From Terrimicrobiaceae bacterium (GTDB lineage Bacteria; Verrucomicrobiota; Verrucomicrobiia; Chthoniobacterales; Terrimicrobiaceae), in contig JBGSVZ010000042.1 of assembly GCA_041752695.1 (NCBI GenBank), positions 22,064 through 86,063 of the forward strand: a stretch of 64,000 nt of DNA, given 5' to 3'. The notes below the pieces were generated by a model. It ran no database searches. It was not told the DNA's origin and saw nothing but the letters and a program-made list of their open reading frames with translations. Each line of letters begins with the position of its first letter. Positions within the stretch are counted from its first letter, which is position 1. Below are positions 18,957 to 26,863 of the stretch, piece by piece. Position numbers and translations under genes: made by a program.

Positions 18957-19121
18957 TCAGGGGATGGCAAACTGCAAATTCGATCTCTCCCCGTCCCCCC
19001 AACTCCGCGCAACCGCATCCTTTCCTGCCACCGCGGCCTTTCCCTTGTTCAGCGCCAGGGCCTGCCGGAGGTCCCGCAGCAATTGGCGGCGGGTCTTGGA
19101 CAGGGCCGAGGGTTTCCTCAT
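18957..19121 (-). CDS. Putative 54-aa basic small protein, not in the ORF track
   Basis: ATG overlaps the kinase stop (ATGA); MRKPSALSKTRRQLLRDLRQALALNKGKAAVAGKDAVARSWGDGERSNLQFAIP. Confidence 0.35.
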   Translation of the reverse strand: MRKPSALSKTRRQLLRDLRQALALNKGKAAVAGKDAVARSWGDGERSNLQFAIP

Positions 19122-20389
19122 GGAGCCCCCCCCGGCGAGGTCGCCGGCTGGGTCTTTAAACCTAGATAAAACGTTGTCCCTTTTCCCAATCCTTCGCTTT
19201 CCACATCAAGCGTGCCTTCCTGGGCATCCGCAAGTTCCCGCGCAATGAACATGCCCAAGCCGAATCCCCCGCTGTGCCGGGGATTGGTGTCGTCGCACTG
19301 TTGATAGGCGAGGAAGACGCGTGGTAAAAAGTCCGCCGCGATTCCGGCCCCTTCATCGGTAACCCGGAAGTTGAGGTGGCCGGTGGCGTCGTTCGACGAG
19401 CCGATGAGAACACGCCCGCCCGGACGGGAAAACTTCACGGCGTTCCGCACCACATTCCACAGGATCTGCTGGATGCGCAGGGAGTCTCCCCGGACGATGT
19501 TTTCCGTCGCCTTCAAGTCGAGCACGACATGGATGTGAGCGGCGGCGATTTCGCTCTGGCAGATCTCCACGACAAGGCGGACGGCATCGTGAGCGTCCAC
19601 AGGCTCGAGCCGCAGATGCAACTTATGTTGACCGAGAGTGACGAAGTCCATCAGGTCCGCGATGAGGCGGGACTGCATCTCAACGCTGCGTTGAATCATG
19701 GAGAGCATAGGCCTCGCCTCGGCGAAGCGTGCGTCTCTCTCCAGGAGGGAGACCGCCAGCAGCACCGGGGTCAAAGGGGTGCGCAGTTCGTGAGCGAGCA
19801 TGGCAAGGAAACGGTCTTTATCGATGGAGGCCCCCATCGATTCGGCGACGCGGGCCTCCTGCGCGATCCGCCGCCCGGCCGTACCACGAAAGTTGAGAAG
19901 GAGACCGCTTTCCTGAGGCGAGCGCCAAGTGGCGAGGGAGGCCTCAACCGGGTGCCAGGTTCCGTCCCGGGCGAGGTGGCGGAAATCGACGGAGACCGGG
20001 CCGCGGCTTTGTACCGAGGCGAGACAGGCTGTTTCAAACTTCAGCAAATCGTCGGGATGGACCAAGGCAAAAATACTGGTCCCCACCAAAGCGCTTGCTT
20101 CGTATCCCAGCATCGCCGTGATGGCCGCGCTCTGCATCCGAATCTGACCCATGTCGCTGATTTCGGTAATAACATCCGGTGACCCCTTGAAGAGAGCCTT
20201 CAACCGGGATTCGCTCAGACTGAGATTTTCCTGGGCCGGTCGCAGAAGGTAGGCGTCACCGCTTGGTCCGATCACCGCATCAGCCTGCCCAGCAGTGGAA
20301 TTTTGTAGACGGTCATCCGCATCGGCGAGGCCGCGGATGAGTTCGGTGATTTCGCCGGCATTCTCCGGAGGGTGAGGAAGAGTCTTCAT
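19118..20389 (-). CDS. PAS-domain sensor histidine kinase (kai-associated)
   Basis: PAS (LVHPDD, RHLARDG), H-box FLAMLAHELRTPL, NAVKFS, DEGAG, GGFGLGM; no TM segment and no receiver. Confidence 0.93.
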   Translation of the reverse strand: MKTLPHPPENAGEITELIRGLADADDRLQNSTAGQADAVIGPSGDAYLLRPAQENLSLSESRLKALFKGSPDVITEISDMGQIRMQSAAITAMLGYEASALVGTSIFALVHPDDLLKFETACLASVQSRGPVSVDFRHLARDGTWHPVEASLATWRSPQESGLLLNFRGTAGRRIAQEARVAESMGASIDKDRFLAMLAHELRTPLTPVLLAVSLLERDARFAEARPMLSMIQRSVEMQSRLIADLMDFVTLGQHKLHLRLEPVDAHDAVRLVVEICQSEIAAAHIHVVLDLKATENIVRGDSLRIQQILWNVVRNAVKFSRPGGRVLIGSSNDATGHLNFRVTDEGAGIAADFLPRVFLAYQQCDDTNPRHSGGFGLGMFIARELADAQEGTLDVESEGLGKGTTFYLGLKTQPATSPGGAP

Positions 20390-20703
20390 GGTGTCTCCTT
20401 TTGCGGCAGCCCAAGAGCCCGAAGCACTTCATCCTCTTCGCTCAGGTTGCCGAGAATTTGCAAAGTCGGCGCCGGGGAAATTTTCACCACCGTGGGGGTC
20501 ACCAGGATGCCGTCGCGCAAGGCGCGAACGGGTTCCTGTAAGACGTCAATCACCTCAATGGAGTGACTGTCCGGAAAATAGGTTCGACAAAGGGCATAAA
20601 GATTGGAGAGCGCCCGCACGGAGTTCGGCGAGCCGCCCGCGAGGTAGAGGCGGAAAACATACGCTCCGCGGGAATGGGTGGGGATTTTGGCGGTCTTGCT
20701 CAC
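20386..20703 (-). CDS. kaiB: Circadian clock KaiB-family protein
   Basis: YVFRLYLAGGSPNSVRALSNL...IEVIDV...ILVTPTVVK..PAP..ILGNLS. Confidence 0.95.
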   Translation of the reverse strand: MSKTAKIPTHSRGAYVFRLYLAGGSPNSVRALSNLYALCRTYFPDSHSIEVIDVLQEPVRALRDGILVTPTVVKISPAPTLQILGNLSEEDEVLRALGLPQKETP

Positions 20704-22253
20704 AGTCGCTTCCGGCCTTTCTTCGGCGCAGCGACCGGGCTCCCTGCTGCAGGTTCGCCGCCGCGGGTTTTTTCCCTCGCGCAGGCTTCCTCCTTTTCGC
20801 TGCGCATCGTGCCGACGAGCACCCGGCCACCGGAGGAATACGGATCCGCCAACGTAATGCCCTCATCGCTTACGATGAGTTCGCGTTGTTGGTTCGAATG
20901 GTCGGTTCCGCGGGATTTGACAATGGAAAGACCGCGGTTGCGTTCCCCGTCGAGCAACTCGTAAGAGATCTGAATCCACGAATCGGCCATGGTCGAAACG
21001 TGCAGCGCGGTGGTTTCGCGGAAGCTGTCCTCGCCTTCCACCAGGCTGGTGAAAAGCGCGGTGATGCGGTCGTTGCGGCAAAGGTAGATCAGCCGTTCGG
21101 CCACGGCCCGTGCCGCAAGCTCGCCGCCGACTCTGGCGAGGGCCGAAATCGGGTCGATGGCGAGACAACGCGGTTTGTGTTCCGTGATGAGACGCTTGAT
21201 CCTCATGCAGTGTTCCTCCGAGGAAGCGGCCTCGGTGCGAATCGCCTCCATTCGCAGATGCCCGCTCTCCAGATGGGGCGCGAGGTGGATATTCACCGTG
21301 GCAAGATCGCGCACGATGTCCCGGGAATTTTCATCGAAGGAGATGTAGAGCCCGCGCTCCTTCCGGCGGCAGGCGGCCTCGAGAAAGGCCCCTGCCAGCA
21401 TGGACTTGCCCGTGCCGCAACTTCCCGTGATGAGGGCGTTGGTCCCTCGGTAAAATCCTCCACAAAGCATGTCATCGAGCCGGGCAACGCCGGTGGACAC
21501 CCGCGAATGAAAGGGCTGCGGTTCGGGGTGCTCACCGTTTGACGAGCCCACTTCCAGGCCGGTCGGGCCGATGACGAAAGGAACTTCGTTCAAGACGTGC
21601 GCAGAGCCGCGGTATTTTAATAGGCGCATGGTGCGCACCGCCACACGCTCGGTGAGGCGCTGGCCGAGAAGTACCGCGCAGTCGGCCATGAACGGCATGA
21701 AACCATATCGCTGCGCCGTCCCCGGCCGGTTGTCCTCCACTTTCGTGGTGAGGATGCCGGTGAGCTCATGCTCAACCAGCCAGGCATGAATCCGGTGAAG
21801 TTCACGGCATTCCGCGTCCGGGTCATTCAGCAGACTCAAGAGGACATCGATCGCGTCAAAAACAATCAGCTTGGCCCCCATCTCCCGGGCGACCACGGCC
21901 AGCCCCGCGAGCAGCCCGGTGAGATCAAAAACACCCGCCTTCACCGCATCCGAGCGCATCTGGGCATCGAGAAAAAAGAGCTGCTTTTTTTCCAGGTCGC
22001 GCATTTTCCAGCCAAAACGACGTCCATTCGCCGAGACCTGCGCCGCTCGTTCCTCGAAGGCGACAAAGATGCCCGGGGTTTTGTGCTTGGTCGCGGCGTT
22101 GACCAGCATCTGCAAAGCCAGCACGGTCTTGCCGCAGCCCGGGCCGCCCATCAGCAGCGTCGTGCACCTCATGGGGATGCCGCCCTGGGTGATGTCGTCA
22201 AATCCCTTGATGCCGCTCGGCATTTTTTCCAGCGCATCGGGCGGTTTTAACAT
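20700..22253 (-). CDS. kaiC: Circadian clock protein KaiC (double RecA-like domain)
   Basis: Two Walker A (GGPGCGKT, GSCGTGKS), AFEE / SFDE catalytic regions, KYRGS and KSRGT motifs, VSTMAD phosphosite motif. Confidence 0.96.
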   Translation of the reverse strand: MLKPPDALEKMPSGIKGFDDITQGGIPMRCTTLLMGGPGCGKTVLALQMLVNAATKHKTPGIFVAFEERAAQVSANGRRFGWKMRDLEKKQLFFLDAQMRSDAVKAGVFDLTGLLAGLAVVAREMGAKLIVFDAIDVLLSLLNDPDAECRELHRIHAWLVEHELTGILTTKVEDNRPGTAQRYGFMPFMADCAVLLGQRLTERVAVRTMRLLKYRGSAHVLNEVPFVIGPTGLEVGSSNGEHPEPQPFHSRVSTGVARLDDMLCGGFYRGTNALITGSCGTGKSMLAGAFLEAACRRKERGLYISFDENSRDIVRDLATVNIHLAPHLESGHLRMEAIRTEAASSEEHCMRIKRLITEHKPRCLAIDPISALARVGGELAARAVAERLIYLCRNDRITALFTSLVEGEDSFRETTALHVSTMADSWIQISYELLDGERNRGLSIVKSRGTDHSNQQRELIVSDEGITLADPYSSGGRVLVGTMRSEKEEACAREKTRGGEPAAGSPVAAPKKGRKRL

Positions 22254-22888
22254 GCCATTACTCCCAACGTCATAGGCTCAGCCAGATCCTCTCTTTTCTC
22301 CGGCAGAATGCGCCCGACCGGAAAATCTTCCGACCGTGCCAGGTAGCGGAAGGACGGCGTCTCGCACTCGACGGATTCGATGATCGTGTCCAGTACGACG
22401 AGCGAAAGTGACCCGGGGTTGCAAGCCTGACCGGGACGGCGGACGGGTTGGCGCATCTGGCGCGCCACACTCCGGATCGTCGGCAAATCTGTCACCACCG
22501 TGGCCTGCCCTCGCAGAACGGTCGTGGAGTTCAGATCACGACTAAAGAAGAACCAGGTGACTTCACGGTGCATCCCGATCTCCGCCACCTTGCGGCTGCC
22601 CGGCGCAGTGAGCGCATAAAGGTGGGGATAAAAATCGAGGGAAAGCGACGCCATCCACCGCATCTGGGGCTGACGGTGCGCCCCCACGGTGGCGAGAATT
22701 CCCGGATGGTCGCCCGAGACCATTTCCCGGATCAGCGGCACGGCGGCGTCCTGGTTTTCCACGGTAGCGGAGTTATCGTAAAGCCGTCCGGACCGGGGCA
22801 CGGTGGGCCCGGAGAAAAACCCCGGATCGCCGTATTGCGAAAACGGCACGGTTTGCAGGGGATGTTGAAATCCTGAGATGGTTTTCAT
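22247..22888 (-). CDS. Pyridoxamine 5'-phosphate oxidase-like (FMN-binding split barrel / general stress protein)
   Basis: GILATVG...PQMRWM, LT..GSRKVAEI...V.W.F, LRGQATVV; stop overlaps the kaiC start by 7 nt. Confidence 0.75.
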   Translation of the reverse strand: MKTISGFQHPLQTVPFSQYGDPGFFSGPTVPRSGRLYDNSATVENQDAAVPLIREMVSGDHPGILATVGAHRQPQMRWMASLSLDFYPHLYALTAPGSRKVAEIGMHREVTWFFFSRDLNSTTVLRGQATVVTDLPTIRSVARQMRQPVRRPGQACNPGSLSLVVLDTIIESVECETPSFRYLARSEDFPVGRILPEKREDLAEPMTLGVMAC

Positions 22889-22954
22889 AAGCAAGTTACC
22901 GCACCATCGTGGGCCCGCCCTTCGATTTCGGCCAATACCTCCCAAGCTCACTGC

Positions 22955-22971
22955 CATAGCCTAAGGCTATG
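22955..22971. promoter_or_regulatory. LysR-type operator (T-N11-A palindrome), copy 1
   Basis: CATAGCCT-A-AGGCTATG, perfect inverted repeat between divergent genes. Confidence 0.75.
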
Positions 22972-23017
22972 AGGCTCCACGCCCGGGCGTCCCCTCGTCC
23001 CTCTCCGCTTATTGGTG

Positions 23018-23032
23018 ATAGCCACGGGCTAT
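23018..23032. promoter_or_regulatory. LysR-type operator, copy 2
   Basis: ATAGCC-ACG-GGCTAT, same arms as copy 1, 21 bp before the lysR ATG. Confidence 0.7.
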
Positions 23033-23053
23033 AAGTTGCCCCAAGCTGGCCCC

Positions 23054-23950
23054 ATGGAGCTGCGTCATCTTCGCTACTTCGTTGCTGTGGCCGAGGAGCT
23101 GAGCTTTACGAAGGCTGCGCAGAAACTCCGCCTCGCCCAACCCTCGCTCACCCGCCAGGTGCGCAATCTGGAGGACGAGATCGGCGTGCGCCTCCTTGAC
23201 CGCACCAACAACCGCGTGGCCCTCACGAACGAGGGCCGCCTCTTTCTTTTCGACTCCAAAAAACTCCTCGCGCTCTCTGCCGCCAGCGTCGCGGCCGTGC
23301 AGCGGCTGAAACACACCGGAAGCGCCCAGCTCAACATTGGCTACGTCGCCAACGTCCACTACGGCCTCCTCCCCGCCACCCTCGGAGCCTTTCGCAAACT
23401 CTGCCCGCAGGTCGCCCTGAACCTTTTTGACATGTGCAGCGGCGAACAATTTGAAGCGCTCCACAGCCACAAAATCGACCTCGGCTTCGTCGGACTGGGA
23501 CCGGCCAATGCGATCCCCGGCTTCCACACGGCATGCGTTTCGCAGGACACCATGTTCGTTGCCCTGCCGGTCGAGCATCCCCTCACCACCCGCAAAAAGA
23601 TCCGGCTCGCCGACCTCGCGGGGCAGTTTTTTATCGGAATGGCGCCACGCACCCACCCGGGCGCCCGCGACTGGCTGCTGGAGCTCTGCCGGAAGGCGGG
23701 ATTCTCCGCCAAGATCCTCCAGGAAGCCGACGACGAACCGACGGCCATGCGGTTTGTGGCGGATGGACTGGGTGTCACATTGGTGCCTGGGCAGGTCACT
23801 AACCTCTCCCACGACGGAGTTGCCTTCCGCCAGCTCTCCCCGGCCCTCCACCGAGCCTCCACGATCGCCTGGAGAGCGGACAACCCCTCATTGCCCCTCA
23901 AGGATTACATCAAAATCGTCAGGGTGTTTTCTCAAGAGGAAACGATCTGA
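23054..23950 (+). CDS. LysR-family transcriptional regulator
   Basis: MELRHLRYFVAVAEELSFTKAAQKL..AQPSLTRQ HTH plus substrate-binding domain. Confidence 0.96.
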   Translation: MELRHLRYFVAVAEELSFTKAAQKLRLAQPSLTRQVRNLEDEIGVRLLDRTNNRVALTNEGRLFLFDSKKLLALSAASVAAVQRLKHTGSAQLNIGYVANVHYGLLPATLGAFRKLCPQVALNLFDMCSGEQFEALHSHKIDLGFVGLGPANAIPGFHTACVSQDTMFVALPVEHPLTTRKKIRLADLAGQFFIGMAPRTHPGARDWLLELCRKAGFSAKILQEADDEPTAMRFVADGLGVTLVPGQVTNLSHDGVAFRQLSPALHRASTIAWRADNPSLPLKDYIKIVRVFSQEETI

Positions 23951-23985
23951 CGACAGGCAAACCTCTTTGCACCCAAGCGCTGTTC

Positions 23986-25569
23986 TTAAACGGCAGGCTG
24001 GGAAGTCGCCCCTCCGAGCTTCGATCCGTAATATTCAAAACTATCCGTCAGCGCGCGCCAGCTTGCGTCGATGATGTTATCGGAAACACCCACCGTGCCC
24101 CAGCTGTCGGAGCCGTTCGTGGAGACGATCAACACCCGGGTGCGGGCGGCGGTGCCGCGGGCTCCGTCCACGATCCGCACTTTGTAATCGGCCAGCCGAA
24201 CCTGATCGATCCACGGATAAAATGGACGCATCGCCTTGCGGAGGGCGGCATCCAGCGCGTCCACCGGGCCATCCCCTTCCGCGACGGTGTATTCGGGAAC
24301 CCCATCCACCAACAGCTTCACCGTGGCCTCACAGGGATCCGAACCTTCACGTCCGCTACGGCGGTAATGGCAATGATATTCCTTCAGGTCGAAGAGCGGT
24401 TCGTATTCGTCCAAAGCGCGCCGGACGAGGAGTTCGAAAGAACCCTCCGCCGCTTCGTATTCGTAGCCCTCCGCTTCGGCGTCCTTGATCTGGCGCAGGA
24501 TGGCTGCGACCTGGGGCGAGCCTTTTTCCAGGGAAAATCCGAGAGCCTGCGCGCGCATAAGGATGTTGCTCTGACCCGACATGTCCGAGATCACGATGGT
24601 TTGGCGGTTGCCGACCAGCGAGGGATCCACGTGTTCATAGGTGCGGGCCAGTTTTTGCACCGCATGAACATGCAGCCCGCCTTTGTGGGTAAAGGCCGCG
24701 GAACCGACATACGGCGCGCGGATATCGCGGGGCACGTTGGCCAGTTCGTCGACAAAGGCGGAAAGCTCCTGCAGTTTTGACAGATCGGGAGCAACCTGGA
24801 AGCCCAACTTGAGCTGGAGCGTGGGGATGACCGTGGTGAGGTTGCAATTGCCCACCCGTTCCCCGTAGCCATTGATGGTGCCCTGCACCTGCGAAGCGCC
24901 GGCCTGGATGGCGGCCAGCGCATTGGCCACGCCGAGTCCGCTGTCGTTGTGCGTATGGATGCCGACCGGGGCCTGGAGGTGCGCGATGGCCTTTGCGGTG
25001 ACGCTCGCAACAAACTCCGGCAACGAGCCACCGTTGGTATCACAGAGCACCACCAGGTCCGCCCCGGCCTCACAGGCGGCCTTGATCGTGGCCAGCGAAT
25101 ACGCCTCGTCCTCGCGGAAGGCGTCGAAAAAATGCTCGGCGTCGTAAAGCACCTCGCGTCCATGGGCTTTCAAGTGACGCACGGTGTCGGCAATCATCGC
25201 CAGATTTTCCTCCAGGCTCACGTTAAAGACCTCGGTCACGTGCAGCGGCCAGGTTTTCCCGACGATGGTGACGACGGGGGTCTTGGCATCGAGCAACATC
25301 TGAACCTGCGCATCGTCCTCGACCTTGGCTTTGCCCCGTCGGGTCATGCCGAAGGCGGAAATTTTGGCATGTTTCCAGGTGCGTTTGGCCGCCTCGTCAA
25401 AGAAGGCGGCATCCTTGGGATTGGAGCCCGGCCAGCCTCCCTCGATGTAATCAATGCCAAAGGCGTCGAGCTTCTCGGCGACCCGGATCTTATCGAGCAC
25501 CGAGAAAGAGATGCCGGTGCCCTGCGTGCCGTCACGCAGCGTGGTGTCGTAGAGAGAGACTTTTTTCAT
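23986..25569 (-). CDS. cimA: Citramalate synthase
   Basis: YDTTLRDGTQ, EGGWPGSNPKD, YDAEHFFD, HTHND, GERVGN, HKGGLH, GDGPV, WGTVGVS. Confidence 0.92.
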   Translation of the reverse strand: MKKVSLYDTTLRDGTQGTGISFSVLDKIRVAEKLDAFGIDYIEGGWPGSNPKDAAFFDEAAKRTWKHAKISAFGMTRRGKAKVEDDAQVQMLLDAKTPVVTIVGKTWPLHVTEVFNVSLEENLAMIADTVRHLKAHGREVLYDAEHFFDAFREDEAYSLATIKAACEAGADLVVLCDTNGGSLPEFVASVTAKAIAHLQAPVGIHTHNDSGLGVANALAAIQAGASQVQGTINGYGERVGNCNLTTVIPTLQLKLGFQVAPDLSKLQELSAFVDELANVPRDIRAPYVGSAAFTHKGGLHVHAVQKLARTYEHVDPSLVGNRQTIVISDMSGQSNILMRAQALGFSLEKGSPQVAAILRQIKDAEAEGYEYEAAEGSFELLVRRALDEYEPLFDLKEYHCHYRRSGREGSDPCEATVKLLVDGVPEYTVAEGDGPVDALDAALRKAMRPFYPWIDQVRLADYKVRIVDGARGTAARTRVLIVSTNGSDSWGTVGVSDNIIDASWRALTDSFEYYGSKLGGATSQPAV

Positions 25570-25665
25570 GGCAAAAGGGACGCAACCCTACGGGGGAATA
25601 TTCCGCTAATCAAGCGCGAGCGCATTCCTCCTTGCCCGCCCGAACCGCTCCTGTTTACTACCCCG

Positions 25666-26007
25666 ATGCAGATCACCGAACGCAGGGAAGGCCCGATTCT
25701 CGTCCTCGCCGTTGATGGCCGCCTGGACCACGCCGGAGCGGCAACTTTTCAGGAATGCGCCGTCAACCATATCAAAAATGGCGAGCGCTCCCTCGTGGTG
25801 GACTTCGGCGGCACCAGCTTTGTCGCCAGCATGGGCATCCGCGCGATCATCGTTCCGTCGCAGGAAATGTCGCGCGCCGGCGGGCGCTTCGGTATGGCTG
25901 GGCTCAGCCCGCAGCTTCGCCAGCTTTTCGAGATTTCCGGACTGCTCAAGGTTTTCACCGTTTATCCCACCGTGGCCGATGCTGCTGCCGATGGCGTCTG
26001 GAACTGA
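25666..26007 (+). CDS. STAS-domain protein (anti-sigma factor antagonist)
   Basis: GRLD, VVDFGGTSFVASMGIR, LFEISGL. Confidence 0.88.
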   Translation: MQITERREGPILVLAVDGRLDHAGAATFQECAVNHIKNGERSLVVDFGGTSFVASMGIRAIIVPSQEMSRAGGRFGMAGLSPQLRQLFEISGLLKVFTVYPTVADAAADGVWN

Positions 26008-26824
26008 TACCAAATCCGGCGCCGTTGGAGTCCACGCTTTAGCGTGCGCTTCTAAGGACAGCCTGAAGGCTGGACTCCAACAGCGGGTCCTCGGCGTCCT
26101 ATTTTTACTCGCACTCGTTTCGTCACCGGCCCTGGCGCTCGACGCCTCGGTGACGCAACTCGTCGTCTCCGTCGCGCCCTCCTGGAACTCCTCCACCGGC
26201 AAACTCCAGCTTTTCGAACGCGACGGGAAAACCTGGCGGGCGGTGTCCGCGCCGATCCGCGTCCTCTACGGAAAAAACGGCCTCGCCTGGGGCCGGGGCC
26301 TCCGGCAGGGCGACGACGGATTGCAGAAAATCGAGCGCGACAAACGCGCCCCGGCCGGAGTGTTTCAGATTGGAAAAATTTACACTTACGACAAGGCGCT
26401 GCCGGAGGGGGCGGACTACCCTTTTCACACCATCACGGAACGCGATGCCTGGATCGATGACCCCGCCCTTCCCGAATACAACCGGCACGTCGTGGTCGAC
26501 CCCGCCAATGTCCCGCCCTGGTTCGAAAAACAGAAAATGCGCCTCAACGATCCTCCGCATCGCTGGCTGGTGGAGATCCGGCACAATGCGGACCCTCCGG
26601 TTGCGGGCGCGGGCAGTGCGATCTTTTTTCACATCCAACGCGGCCCGGAGCGCGCCTCCGCCGGGTGTACGGTCATGACTCAACCGGCTCTGGTGAACCT
26701 CATCCGCTGGCTGCGGTCGGCGGCGAACCCTCAATACGTCCTGCTCCCCGCCGAGGAATATCGGGCGCGTTGGAAATCCTGGGGGCTGCCGCCGCCGGAA
26801 GTCGCCGCCGTTTTGCTGGAATAG
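25991..26824 (+). CDS. L,D-transpeptidase (YkuD-like) family exported protein
   Basis: ERDKRAPAG.F, GSAIFFH...SAGC catalytic His/Cys; start uncertain. Confidence 0.8.
   Translation: MASGTDTKSGAVGVHALACASKDSLKAGLQQRVLGVLFLLALVSSPALALDASVTQLVVSVAPSWNSSTGKLQLFERDGKTWRAVSAPIRVLYGKNGLAWGRGLRQGDDGLQKIERDKRAPAGVFQIGKIYTYDKALPEGADYPFHTITERDAWIDDPALPEYNRHVVVDPANVPPWFEKQKMRLNDPPHRWLVEIRHNADPPVAGAGSAIFFHIQRGPERASAGCTVMTQPALVNLIRWLRSAANPQYVLLPAEEYRARWKSWGLPPPEVAAVLLE
26024..26081. repeat. REP-like palindromic element
   Basis: Terminal IR GTTGGAGTCCA / TGGACTCCAAC with internal hairpins CACGCT-TT-AGCGTG and CAGCCT-GA-AGGCTG. Confidence 0.75.
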
Positions 26825-26863
26825 TCGGCGAAGGTGCCGCTGAGTTTTTCTTCCGGAATCCCC

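Noticed and set aside
18312..23950. A true cyanobacterial-type self-sustained circadian clock
   Set aside because: No kaiA, sasA, cikA or rpaA is recognisable, and oscillation cannot be inferred from sequence
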